A DNA stretch of 64,000 nucleotides from Lophium mytilinum (Eukaryota): positions 1,867,834-1,931,833 of the forward strand of contig MU004189.1 in assembly GCA_010093605.1 (NCBI GenBank). Direction: 5' to 3'. Below are positions 50,131 to 62,117 of the stretch, in pieces. Positions within the stretch are counted from its first letter, which is position 1; every line of letters begins with the position of its first letter. Position numbers and translations under genes: made by a program. Below the pieces are notes generated by a model, which was given only the letters and a program-made list of their open reading frames with translations, was not told the origin of the DNA and made no database searches.

Positions 50131-51859
50131 ATGTTGTTTTGTACGAATCTATTCCTTGCGGTTTTGCAGCGTTGGAAAGCGTGCTTTTGGATCTCTTCCA
50201 CCTTTTCTCGGTTGTAATAATCTTTAGGGTTGTATTCTATAACAGAGATACCCAGAGGGACTTGGAGAGTGGGTTGCGTGGAGCATGGAACCTGTATATG
50301 CAAGGCTCCCGCATTCGTAGATATTATTAAGACAACGAGGGTCATTAGCTTTAATCGATGAGCTCAAAATCAAAGTAATAGCCACAGCTTTCGTATCGCT
50401 TGATCAACGATGAATTCTCGATACAACGAGATGCTGCGAATACCCAAATCCGCCATCAGCCAGCAATAGTATCACGTTCCGCACTTATCAACGAAGATTG
50501 GGGGCGGTGTCTGCAAGTACACCAAACGACACCATGCTGAAACAGCCGCTCCGACACTGCCTTCCAAGGCGGATAAGGGCTGCAAGTGTGCAATGTCTGC
50601 CTTATCCCCCGGGACGAAACGATTGCCATGTCTCAAACTGTTGTGCATCTTGAAGCAACCCGCCCTGCCATGGTGCTGCCATGTTTGCGTGCCTCTCGAG
50701 TCTAGGGGCGAGCAGCTTCGCCTCTCTCCAGCATTCTCCCACTCCCACCACCAACTCCACTGCCAACGCATTTATCGCAATGATCATTCAACGCGCGCGC
50801 TTAGATATGTTGGTGAGTTTCTGATGCGTATGCTGCATATCTTGAAGATGCATATCAGAAAAACGCACTCCTGCGGCACAGCGTCCAATCTGAGGACCGG
50901 GCTCAAGCGCTCGCTGCACCCGACTACCACGAATGAGGACACACCTAACGCTGCTTCGGCTGAGAACTCCTTCTAGAGATACCGAAACGCCTCAAGCCTA
51001 ACTAGTAAAAACATGGGAAGACTTCGTACCAGCAAGTAAAACTCGTCTGTGAAAGAGGATTCAAGATTCAAAGCGGCAGCCTGTGTTAACACCGGCCGAG
51101 GTGGCCCAAAGAGCGAGCAGGCTTGCCAAAAGTGTGGTTTTCCAGTTCTTAACGACGTATGGGGGTATCTTAAGCGGTGGTAGACAAGTGTACATGCTGT
51201 AGTCGTATCCAAAGAAAAAACGGATACACTGCACCATTTCGGCAGCAAGTCTCCGAATCTCAGGGTCCTCCCGATCCGCCCCCATGCCTCAGGGAATGCT
51301 CAGCCATGCGTCCTGGGCATGCACCATCAGTTTGAAGTCGGCCCAGGGCAGTGCCCCTCTGCACCTCTGTTGCTAACAAGACCCTGTGATGCATGGTCTT
51401 CGCCTCAGGCGTTTGTAGCAACTTGCATCCTCCAGCTTACCTATTTACCGTTCTGGAGCTAGCCCCGGCTTCTTGAGACGTGGAACAGCTTACCGCGCTC
51501 CCCCGCGGCTGAGTCTATCAAAGGCTGGGCATATGAATGTGTTTGAGGCGCTGAGATGAGGAAGAAAGAAGAAGGCGTGCGATGCTGTGCCGTATGGGGG
51601 ATGGGGTTGATATGTACAGCTTACCGGTAGGGTTTTCTTGCCTCAAAGTCTGAACTTACTCTTGTGTATCTGCATTACGGCGCGCTTCCAGGTTTCTTAT
51701 CATCGTTTCTATTGCATTCTAGCGTTCATACTTCAATTTCTTGATCGTATACGTACTTCCCATCCGTCCCTATTACGCCCGGTCGAGACTCTCTTTAGTT
51801 CCCTCACTGTTCTCAATTTGCGTTGAGAGAAGCACCCTCTCTGCAACGGTTACTGAGCC

Positions 51860-54144
51860 ATGCCGAGTTCAACATTGAGAGCCTTATTGTTACTCTTTCT
51901 TTCATTATTCACACCTTGTGGCGTATTCGCAACACCATCGCCAATACAAGCAGAACCGTACTCTCCGCGAGGACACTCTAGCCCACCTTCCCGGCAACTA
52001 AAGGCGGTATCACGAAGATCGGATATTTCTAGGCGAGATCACCAGATCCAAAGGAGATTCACAGCAGAGCTCCGGTATGGTGAACGTAAGCAAAGCGCAA
52101 ATTTCAGTTTCACGACGATCTAACAGTTACGCAGGAGAGAATCATTATGGAGACTCAGCCTTCGTGTCGTCCGTTCAAATCATATCCCAAGCCTCAATCC
52201 TAGTCCTAGAAGACATCGAACAATTTCTTAGCCATGTTCATTGCACCGAGTCAACGATTGAGCTACGCTTCGATTCGCCCAAAGACGCTGAAGCTACCAA
52301 ACATGCATGTCATCACGAAGACGGTGCTTATGCCGTCACATCTCACTTTACATGCAATGCTGAAGGAGAGCGCTCTGTATACAAGTAAGCTAGTATACCT
52401 CTTACATACATTCCCAGCTGATCAAAGGCCCTCTGCGAGTAGGATACATAGCTCGACGGTATCGGAGGACGGCTTATCACTCGTGATGGAAATCACACGA
52501 ACTCCATTCAAAGAGGCCTTCCAAACGTTCGAGATCGAGTTCGGAAATACCAACGAGCCTCATCTGTTCCGTCGCCACGATCGTGTACTCCGCCGGGAGT
52601 CTCCATTTAGCACTACCACAGAGAGCCATGTAGACCGAACTATCCATATAACTTCCACGCGTCTTCATACGATTACGTCGACCATCACTTCAGCACCAAA
52701 CATTACCTCTATGTCCTCCATCGTAGTGCCCTCCACGGCAGCATCAACAGCTACTTCCGCTGCCATAAACCTCTCCTTCCAAGAACTTGATACTACGTTC
52801 CCGACGATTCCAAACAACCCATTGAGTCAATTGCCCTTCACGATAGGGTGTAAGAACTGCACCACCAACGGATTCCTGGTTCTTTCTTCTGGAAAGTTCG
52901 CGTTTGATTTTAATGTCCTCGATGGCGACGGGGGCCCTTTTGATATAATCCAAGCAGGAACAATTACGCTTCAACTCAACGACTTCTTTGCTCATGTCGA
53001 GCTCAGCTCGCAGCCATCACATTCTGCGGCTTTCCAGCACTCGCTTTTTACGGCACCTGTCGTAGGGTTTGTTGTGAGTACCGGTTCTCTACTCTAGCTA
53101 GGTCGAATGTGCAGGACTAATTTCACATAGATTCCAGGAATCGGACAAGCTGGCATAGCTTTCGAAGCGTTGGTTGCTATAGAGTTCAAAATCACCGGTG
53201 CAGTCGAGCTCACTTACGGCTTTGACCTCGAAGCAAGTCTTCTCCCCTGGTTATAATTGTATCCATACTAACCGTACTACCAGGTCCCAACCGGCTCCTC
53301 AATTCAAATCGACTTCGGTAACTTAACTCAATCTAGCATGAAAGGCTTGTGCGTACTGTCCCCCTCCCGCCTCCGCACTCCTCTAACACCACCCAGCGAA
53401 GCGACCACCACCCTCCTCCCCTTCTCCTTCAACACCACCGACATCTCCCTCTCCGTCACCGCCGCCTTCCGCCCCACCATCCCCATCGGCTTCTCCTTCT
53501 CCCAACCCACCATCGGCGACCTCACCGCCGAAGTCTCCGCCTTCATAGACCTCCCCTCCCTCTCCGCCACCATCTCCACCCTCTCCACCAACTCCACCGA
53601 CGCCGCCTGCAACCCCTTCAACACCACCAACTCCACCACCCCGGCTGCCTACAGCAACAGCACCCTCCCCGCCTCCACCATCAACGACGTCCTGCACAAC
53701 CTCGGCCCGCTCATCCTCATCGAGCCCGCCGTCGGGCTCGACCTCATCGTCGGCGCAGACTTCGAGGCGCAACTGGGCAAGCTGGCCGTGCCGCCTGTGC
53801 AGACGGCGCTGACGGTGTTTGCGACCAGCTTCGCGCTGCCGACGGCGTGTTTGGCGGGCGCGGCGGGGTTTTCGCCTGCGGCGGCGGTTTTCGCGGCCGC
53901 GACGAGGAGTATTGTGGCGAGTGAGGCGGCGAAGGCGAGCGCGTGTAGTGTGAGTGCGAGTCTGGCGGCGGCGGCGAGTGCGAGTGAGAAGCAGAAGGGG
54001 CAGGCGACGGGTGCGGCGAGCCCGACGCAGTCGGGGTCTGGGGGAGAGAGGGCGGTGGGTGGGTGGGTTAGGGGGGAGGTGAGGGTAGGGGATGTTGCGT
54101 TGTTGTCGTTGATGGGGGTTGCGGTGGGGATGGTGCTGTTATAG
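51860..54144 (+). CDS. Secreted, probably GPI-anchored uncharacterised protein
   Basis: Signal peptide; TSHFTCN and CKNCTTNG motifs; Ser/Thr/Ala-rich stalk and hydrophobic C-terminal tail (VALLSLMGVAVGMVLL); 5 introns, one GC-AG. Confidence 0.8.
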
Positions 54145-54414
54145 AATTGGATATAGATACTCTGGGATGGGGCATGAAAATGTGACGAATGGGATAGCGA
54201 TCTAGTGTCCGGGAATGTTGCGTTAGGAAGTCGGAAATCTGGAGTCTGGGGTGTTCAAAAGGGGCTTGAAGGCATGGGTATACCATAGGTTCGGTGTTTG
54301 CGTGAGGAGACAAGCCCACGGTTTAGTATGTATCATGCTGTTCGATAGAAGATTTCATGCGTCAAATATATTACGATTGAATGATATTCAGAATTATGGT
54401 AAGTGAGTCACTCT

Positions 54415-56073
54415 CTACGAGCTCGCTTTCGCACAGGCGCCTAGATCCATCTTCTTCGCCGGCTTATCGGGCGAAATATCAAAGTCGAAGATATCGATTG
54501 GCAGACCCATGGTCGTGCACGCATTTGGAATCTAATACAACATCAGCGATATCCATTTCTCGGTAGAAAGGAAGCGGTCTCTTACATCGACAATCCCAGC
54601 CACATGTCCCTGAACCGGTGCGCAAGAGAGAAGGAGGTATATCTGATAGTCATCGTAGCCTGCATCCCACGTCAGTACTTTATAATCGATCCGCTTTCCA
54701 CAGCAAGAACATACCATATCGCCTCAAATACTCAATCACCCGCAAACTCGTCTGCCGATACGCCACCGTCGCGTCCATGTAATGCTGCTTCCCGTTCTCG
54801 TCCACACTGAAGCCCTCGAAGTAGATGTACCGGCCAGGTCCGAACTGCGGCTCCACAGGGCCGGGGACGTAGATAGGGGATTTCATGCCGAGCTGCGCCA
54901 TACCGTCTTTCATTACGGAGAACTTGATCGTTATAACGCCCGCCATCTCGATAGCACCGCAGACTGTGATGATTGCAACATTAGCCTTCTCTCAAATAGA
55001 GAGGGTCCTTGTGGTTTGTTTTCTTTCTGGAACTTACAAGATATCTCTCCATCGCCCTGCGAGAAATGCAAATCCCCTACGCTAAACTTCGCCCCCTTAA
55101 CATGCACAGGCAGGTACACCTTACTCCCGCGACTCAGATTCTTGATATCGCAGTTCCCGCCATGCTCCGGGCGTCCAGGGACAGTCCGCGCCCCCTCCTT
55201 TCCTACCTTCTCCTTAATCGACGCGTCCGCGCTGCCCGCATGTACATTTGTCGGGTTCGGCGGCAGCGCGACGTCGCGGTCCAAGTGCGCGTGTGCGGTG
55301 ATGAGCTCGCCCTCGCGGCGGTTCCATTCAGCGAGGATCTCGGGCGACGGCGCGCAGCCTAGGATGCCGGGGTGGATGAGGCCGGCGAAGCGGACGCCGG
55401 GGATGTGGCGCGAGGAGCAGAAAATGCCTTCGAAGTCCCATATGGCTTTTGCTCTAAAAGGGGATAATTTGTGTCAACGATGGCTCCCCCGTGCATTCGA
55501 TTGCTTGCTAGGTATATCCTCTTTTTCTCAACGCCACAACCCTCCTATTCTGATCCTGAATAATGGAAACATAACCTACGCTTTTGGATACAACTCATCC
55601 AAAAACCCTCCTCCGTTCGCCTTCTCGAAAACGCCCGTGAACCCCCACGGCTGGTCTTCGAACGGCTGTACGTCCTGGATCTCCACGACTAGTACGTCAC
55701 CAGGCTCCGCGGTCTCGATGTCAAATGGCCCGGTCAGGTAGTGTATCTTTGTCAGGTCGACGTTCTTGACGTCGTCGGCGGAGTCGTTGTTCCCGATCTG
55801 GCCACCGGTCCAGTCGACGCATTCGATCTTGACGACCTCGTTGTTGGCGATGGTACCGGCGGAAGGGACTGGGAAAGGTTAGATGAGTGAGAGAGTGGGA
55901 GAGAGGATGAAAAGCGAACCGTCAGGGTGCCAGCGATTCTAAAAGCAGAGGGTTAGTTTAGGGAATTGGCTTTGGGGGATTAGGGAGAGAGCACACACGT
56001 GTAGACATGCTTGTTCTGCTGCTGGTATGTCCAGAGAGACTTTCGCGGCGGTGCGGAGGCCTTTCTTTCCCAT
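54415..56073 (-). CDS. fmdS: Formamidase (acetamidase/formamidase family)
   Basis: LH|NRWHPD, ECVDWTGGQI, HYLTGP, PEHGGNCDIKNL, GDLHFSQGDGEI|.CGAIEM and IPNACTT; 6 introns including a 19-nt microexon ~55920-55938. Confidence 0.95.
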
Positions 56074-56176
56074 GATGAAGGTTAGAAGCGGGTATAATTA
56101 TATGGAAAGTACGAGAAGAACACTAAAAGATCAATGGAAGAGAAATAGCAGAATTAGATAACGGGGATTGCTCAAT

Positions 56177-56490
56177 TGATATAGCAGATGCGGGGAACGT
56201 TCAAAGCCCGCTTGGTGTAGAAATAAGCCCATGGTGGAGCTGGTCCTCCGTGGAGACGGGACAATCTGGCCAGGAGGGGAAGCTATCGTGCACGGGAGCT
56301 CCGATAAGCTCCAGTGATAAAGAACTCTTACGTAGCGTGCAGTGGTGCATTGTTTTGGGACCCTAGGACGCAAATAAGAGAGCGAGGAATGCTACCCCGC
56401 TAGCCTGAGCGGGGTATCAGAGCGTTTGATATCTGCTCCATGATGCCGGCAGTTCATATTAGCTCAGTCCTCGTCTTTGCTTTTGATACA
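56177..56490. promoter_or_regulatory. Cluster of GATA cores upstream of formamidase (candidate AreA/Nit2 sites)
   Basis: GATA/TATC at ~56178, 56284, 56303, 56316, 56415, 56428 and 56485. Confidence 0.55.
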
Positions 56491-56639
56491 TCGTAGAGCC
56501 AGCGTAATTTCCAATTAGTTATGTATGGAGTTTTACCTACCCTCCTGTACCAAAACTATTCATAAGTCAAAACGCCATATCCATTTTGTATGCCAATGAT
56601 CACTCGTCCATCATTTCTAGGTTCCAAACGCGTCAACAA

Positions 56640-57948
56640 TCAGCTGAACTCCTGTCTTGGCATAGCCTTCTGCGCCGGAAAGTGTTCCTTTTCGCTAATG
56701 GCCACATTATGCGCGTCTAACATACTCAGCGGTAGGTTCAAGAACTCATGCTTGTTCTTCCAGCGGACATCTCTCTCCTTGAACTGCTCCGCTTGAGACG
56801 CAGGTGGCGGAGGTTCCGTGATCTTGGTGATGAGATACGCGGTTGATGCTTCAGCGATGCCGTAGATGAGGACGCCAACAAGCGGGATCTTGACGAAGAT
56901 GAAGAAGCCGACGCCGAAGCCGAAGAGGACCCCCTCACGGTCACGGAACCATTGCTTCTTCTGCTCTTTTGTGTAACGCACGCGTGAGAAGTACGGTTCC
57001 AACTAAAGCCTGTTAGAGCCACAATTTGTCGCAAGATTGAAGATTCCCTACCAATTCGCGCATGAGACTCCTTGAGGAAAAGTACGACTGGAGAAACATC
57101 ACAATGTAACGTTTAGGGAGGAAAACCGAGCTACCGAATATCACCAAAGCAGGTGTAAGACCCACAGCGTTGTTGAAAGTGTAGAAACTTGCAGCTGGAA
57201 GGACGAAGCGGCCCACGTATGGTAGGAACGAAAGCGCGTAGATGGCTAACGATATGCCTGCTCGTCTCCCGTATCTGATCACAAATGTTATTGCAGCGTC
57301 CTTGTAGCTCCTCTTTACATGTGTATCGCCGTGCGTGGAGTACGCGATGAGGTTGGGGTAGTACATCGCTCGAAGGCTCTGGGGGTTCTCTGATTTGTGC
57401 TTTTGGGTATAGGTTTGGTCAACCCATTGCAAGGAATCCATGAACCTAGACTTAATTAAACGTGTGCTTGCTAGGAGGGAGGCTTGCAGCTTACATCCGG
57501 TCCAGGGTAGGAGTAACGTATCGCATCATCGACATGAGGAAGAACGGCACCTGAAGCACGCTGTGCTCTAGGAAGTACAATCCATCAACAACATAGTTGT
57601 CCCAAGATACGGCGTCCATATTTATGAAGAAGGAAAGAGTCCATAGTAGTATTCTGACGCCAATGACCTACCCAGGCCAGGCACGTCAGCCGCGTTGTGA
57701 ATGTGATCATGGGAGGAGTCGTACCGGAATCGCGATAATCATGCGTATAGCAATGCCACCAGCTACAGCAATTGCAGCTTGTCGGTAATGGTCGGAGGTG
57801 AATAGGCCCGGATTTTGGAGGGCTCGATGTGCTGAATTACGTCTTGTTAGGAAACGTCGGAGCTGAGCGGAGTCTTGAAGTATCACATACCTCCGACTAA
57901 TGTGAGCTGGGCACCCCGAAGGATGGCATTCGGGTCGAAATTGGACAT
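56640..57948 (-). CDS. usgS: Transmembrane protein UsgS-like
   Basis: MSNFDPNAILRGAQLTLVG|AHRALQNPGLFTSDHYRQAAIAV..., FMDSLQWVDQTY, REL|LEPYFSR and WFRDREGVLFGF; 4 introns; directly upstream of and co-oriented with formamidase, as recalled for A. nidulans. Confidence 0.85.
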
Positions 57949-58754
57949 GTCGTGTGCCGCCTTTGAGGATGTTGTTGCGATGGTGGAAGGCTGCCTCAGC
58001 TTGGACAAGCGGACATGTGAGATTCTGGTAGCCAATGACGTCGCCAGACTGTCGCGTTGGTGAAACAACGTCCCCTATACGAAGTATCTGACATGCACTC
58101 TCACATTGTCTATTTCTTCAGTACACAACTCGTATAGTACTGAGCATTACTGCGTACATATAAAACTATATATACGAAGATACCACTCCACGGGTAGCTT
58201 CAACGCATCGTCATTATTTATACTGGACGCCATCATCTCCTGCATAGAACTACGACTTAGATTTTCTGCAAAACATGTACATGAAGCTTCACTGAAACAT
58301 CCCAAGCAGTAACGAAAGAGCTTACACAAACAATTGGCACACCACTGACCCGCTAATCATAAGAAAAGAGCATCTCCCCGGATCAGCTCGTCTATCAAGA
58401 CCCTGGCGTAGCTCTATCTCAACTTCCGGATGGAGCTAGTGGCATGTTGATGTCATCCCACATACCACAACCTCTGCATAGTATCAACAAGCGAAGACCT
58501 GTCGATCTGGAGGGTTCGGCTGCCATACTATCGCTCGTACCGTCCCGTGTCTCGATGCCGTCAGAGATGCATGTTCCAGAAACTAGGGTTGGGTGTGTCT
58601 TATCACGTCTCCTCGCATGAACTACCGCAACGTCGTACCACGGTTGCGCAAGTGAGTGAGTGGATAAGTAGATGAATCTTCCTTGCCGCCTCTTTTCAAC
58701 CTCTCAGATTCTCTGTTAGCTTCATCAATCGAGTCTTCATTCAACTATTCTACC

Positions 58755-60748
58755 ATGGACCCTGAAATCGAGAAACCCCGCATCAACAGCGACGTCGAAA
58801 AAGATGTTGGGCCTTTCTCTAGTATATCCGAAGGGGCAATCCGCACCGGGAGTGTCGTTCCCGAGACGATTCTAAAGCACTCACACGATGCGGATGCGGC
58901 TTTGAAGGCTTTCCGAGGGTTTGAAGGGCAGGTGCTGGAGATTGATGAGGCAACAAACAAGCGGTTGCTGTGGAAGATTGACTGTCATCTGATGCCCGTA
59001 TGTTCACGCGCAAAACTCAAGTGGAATTGGGGGCTCGAAAACGAGTGTGGAGACAGTAAAGGCAGAGCTGATATTAGAAAACAGATCATGTGCCTAGTAT
59101 ATGGCCTCAACTACCTGGACAAGACTACACTTAGTTACGCTTCTATCATGGGAATCAAGTTACCGCATTCCGACAATATCTTGAAAAGCGGAATCGACAT
59201 CTCCGGCCCTCAGTACTCGTGGCTCGGGTCCATGTTTTACTTTGGCTACTTGGCGTGGGAGTATCCGACGAATCGGCTTTTGCAAAGACTACCGCTTGGG
59301 AAGTACTGTAGGCTCTGAAATTTTCTCATGAAATCGTTTTAATATTGGAAAAGGAATGAGCTGACGGTGCACAGCTGCTTTCAACATAATCATGTGGGGC
59401 ATCGTTCTCTCATGCTTCGCAGCCGTCGAGAACTACGCCGGCGCCATCGCAATCCGCTTCTTCCTCGGACTATTCGAGGCCGCAGTGACACCTGGCTTCA
59501 TGCTCTTCACGAGCCAGTGGTACACCAAGAAAGAACAAGGAGCTCGAACGGGCATCTGGTTCTCCTTCAATGGCTTCGCGCAGATATTCGGTGGCCTCGT
59601 CGCCTACGGCATCGCGGTCGGCACCGAGAAACACGGCTCCAGCATCGAGCCATGGAAAATCGTCTTTCTCGTCACCGGCATCATGACCGTCTGCATGGGC
59701 GTCGTCTTCCTCTTCATTATCCCAGACAACCAGATGAACGCGCGCTGGCTGAGCAAGGAAGACCGCCTGCTCGCCATCGAGCGGATCCGGGTGAATCAGC
59801 AGGGCGTGGGCAACAAGCACTTCAAGTGGTATCAGCTGAAAGAAGCGCTACTCGATCCGCTGAGCTGGGCCTTCTTCTTCTATGCTCTCGTTGCCGATAT
59901 CCCGAACGGCGGGCTTAGTAACTTCTTCTCGCAGCTTATTGTCGGATTCGGGTATACACCCCAGCAATCCCTCCTCTACGGGACACCCGGCGGCGCTGTC
60001 GAGGTTGTTTTCCTGATCGTGTCGGGATACCTTGGGGATCGGTTCGGCCACCGCATCTTGATCTCTTCCTTCGGCCTCGTCACCGCGATCATCGGGATGG
60101 TGTTAATCGTAGCGCTCCCTTTGAGCAACAACAAGGGTCGACTTGCTGGCTACTATCTCACCCAAGGTACGCACAGTCGCAGCAGAAAGAAGGAGACGCT
60201 CTTCCTAACCCCACCACAGCCAGCCCAACCCCCTTCGTAGCTCTCCTGAGCCTGATCTCAACAAACGTAGCCGGCTACACCAAGAAAACCACCGTGGCGG
60301 CCATGTATCTGCTCGCTTATTGCGCGGGCAATATCATCGGACCTCAAACCTTCCGCGCAAAGGACGCACCGTACGTAATCACTCATCCACCCATGCATCT
60401 AGCATCTTCATCTTTCTGTCTTTCCCTATGCATCTAGCATATTTCTCTTTCCTTCTTTCCTCTTACATCTAGTATCTTCCTCTTTGCTCTTTTTCCATTC
60501 CCCCATCTTTCCCGTTCAAGAACGCGCCACTAACCAAGCCCACCAGCCGCTACGTCCCCGCCGAAGTCACCATCATCGTGTGCTGGGGCGTATGCCTCTT
60601 CGACCTCGCCTTCATCTACCTGTACTGCGTCTACCAGAACAAGAAAAAGGCGACCGTCCGCCGCGCGCCAGGGTACGAGAAGCTGGAGAACCAAGAGTGG
60701 CTCGATCTCACAGACAAGGAGAACCCGGAGTTCGTGTACACGACCTAA
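58755..60748 (+). CDS. MFS anion:cation symporter, allantoate permease (DAL5)-like
   Basis: LLWKIDCHLMP, YLDKTTLSYA, YSWLGSMFYFGYL, RFFLGLFEA, WYTKKEQGAR, NVAGYTKK, GNIIGPQTF and DLTDKENPEFVY; 4 introns. Confidence 0.93.
60391..60496 (+). repeat. 35-bp pyrimidine-rich tandem repeat (3 copies) inside the last permease intron
   Basis: CATCTAG at 60396, 60431 and 60466 within intron 60371-60546. Confidence 0.75.
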
Positions 60749-61157
60749 TGCGTGCATACCTATTACGAGTCGAACGGTAGGTGGAATTGAGAAACGAAAG
60801 AGAACAAGAAAAATCAGATTGCTATGCCACTGATCATCAGACGAAGTAAGGTATATTGCTCTAAAGTATCCACAAAATCCATACCCGCGTAAATGCAGCC
60901 TTGAAAGCGCAAGATGAAATCCAAAAAAAAAGCAATCCGTTCATGCTCATGTATGCTCATGCTCACATCTCCTTTCATCTCATCTCATCCAGACACCTCC
61001 ATTTCTCAGCCAATCCCATAAATCGTAAACATAAATCCCCGTCGCCTCCCCGCGCGCGCGAAAGTCGAGGTTGTTTCCTGAAAAAAGGGTATCATCGCAC
61101 AAGCAACAAAACGCCGTTCCTATGCCTTGTCTGTCTGTCTGTCATCTGTCATGGATC

Positions 61158-62117
61158 TCAAAAACAAGCCCACCGCTTCACCGCCTTCTTCGTCTTCTCA
61201 CCCCTCAACCCCACCATGCTCCCGCTCCCACTGCCCCCTCCATCCTCTTCTTTCTTCTCAAACCCTCGCTCATCCTCGTCGTCTTCTGCTTCGTCTTCGT
61301 CTTCGTCTTCCTCGGGCAGATCCATCCGATACCGCCGCACACTCCCCTTGTCACTCGCCGCGTCGTCATAAAACCGCGCCGGCTTCGACCCCGCGCCGCG
61401 CAGCTTGCCCAGCAGCCCGCGCAGCCCGCGGCACGAGCGGTCGATCTCCGCGTACTCGCGGCGGCGCGTGCTGGGGGATGTCCAGTGGATCGTCGTCGGC
61501 GCGACCTGCAAGTTCTCCGCGTCCTCGTTAGCAGAGCGCGCGAGGCTGACGGCCGACGCGGAGACCATGCCTGTCGTGGGCGGCGCGGCTGCGCCGGCGG
61601 TGGAGAAGCTGCGGAAGAGGGTGCAGCTGCGGTGATGCAGGGCAAGGACGTCGTCGACGTCGCGGGTGGGTAGAGGGGGCATGGTTTGGGAGCCGCGGAG
61701 CTTGGGGCGGGCTTGGTGGATGACGAGGGTGTGGCGGGTGGATTTGTGCGAGCTGGGCCGCGAGCGGTGGCGGGATTTCGGGGCAGTGGCGGAGGTGGTG
61801 GTGGAGGTGGAGACGACGGACGGCCTGCGTCCTTCTGACTTGCGGCGGCTGCTGGGATGGGGGCTGGCTTTCATTGATGCGTCTTTGGAGGTTTGGAGGA
61901 GTTGGGCGAGTTTGTCGGGGGATGGGGTGGTTGGGAGAGAGCGTTCGTAGGATGGGCGTTTCCAGTCGTTGGAAAAACTCGTGCGGGTGGTTTCTGTGGA
62001 TTGGCGGTGGGTGGTGGAGTCGACGAAGCCGCTGTCTGCTCGATCCATTCTGGAACGGTGGCGGTTGGCCTTCTTGGGCTTCTGGGGAAGAGAGGGATTG
62101 GGAATAGGACCGGCCAT
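61158..62117 (-). CDS. Conserved hypothetical fungal protein (low complexity with short conserved-looking motifs)
   Basis: Intronless 319-aa ORF with codon bias; motifs DSGF, ALHHRSCTLF, TIHWTSPSTRRREYAEIDR and SDKGSVRRYRMDL. Confidence 0.8.
   Translation of the reverse strand: MAGPIPNPSLPQKPKKANRHRSRMDRADSGFVDSTTHRQSTETTRTSFSNDWKRPSYERSLPTTPSPDKLAQLLQTSKDASMKASPHPSSRRKSEGRRPSVVSTSTTTSATAPKSRHRSRPSSHKSTRHTLVIHQARPKLRGSQTMPPLPTRDVDDVLALHHRSCTLFRSFSTAGAAAPPTTGMVSASAVSLARSANEDAENLQVAPTTIHWTSPSTRRREYAEIDRSCRGLRGLLGKLRGAGSKPARFYDDAASDKGSVRRYRMDLPEEDEDEDEAEDDEDERGFEKKEEDGGGSGSGSMVGLRGEKTKKAVKRWACF

Noticed and set aside
50400..51500. Short ORFs between the NIPA and GPI-protein genes
   Set aside because: No family motifs and interrupted frames
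54782..55741. 319-aa + strand ORF (likewise 18163-18975, 53349-53924 and similar)
   Set aside because: Antisense or alternative-frame shadows of real genes (formamidase, RED-like, GPI protein) caused by codon bias
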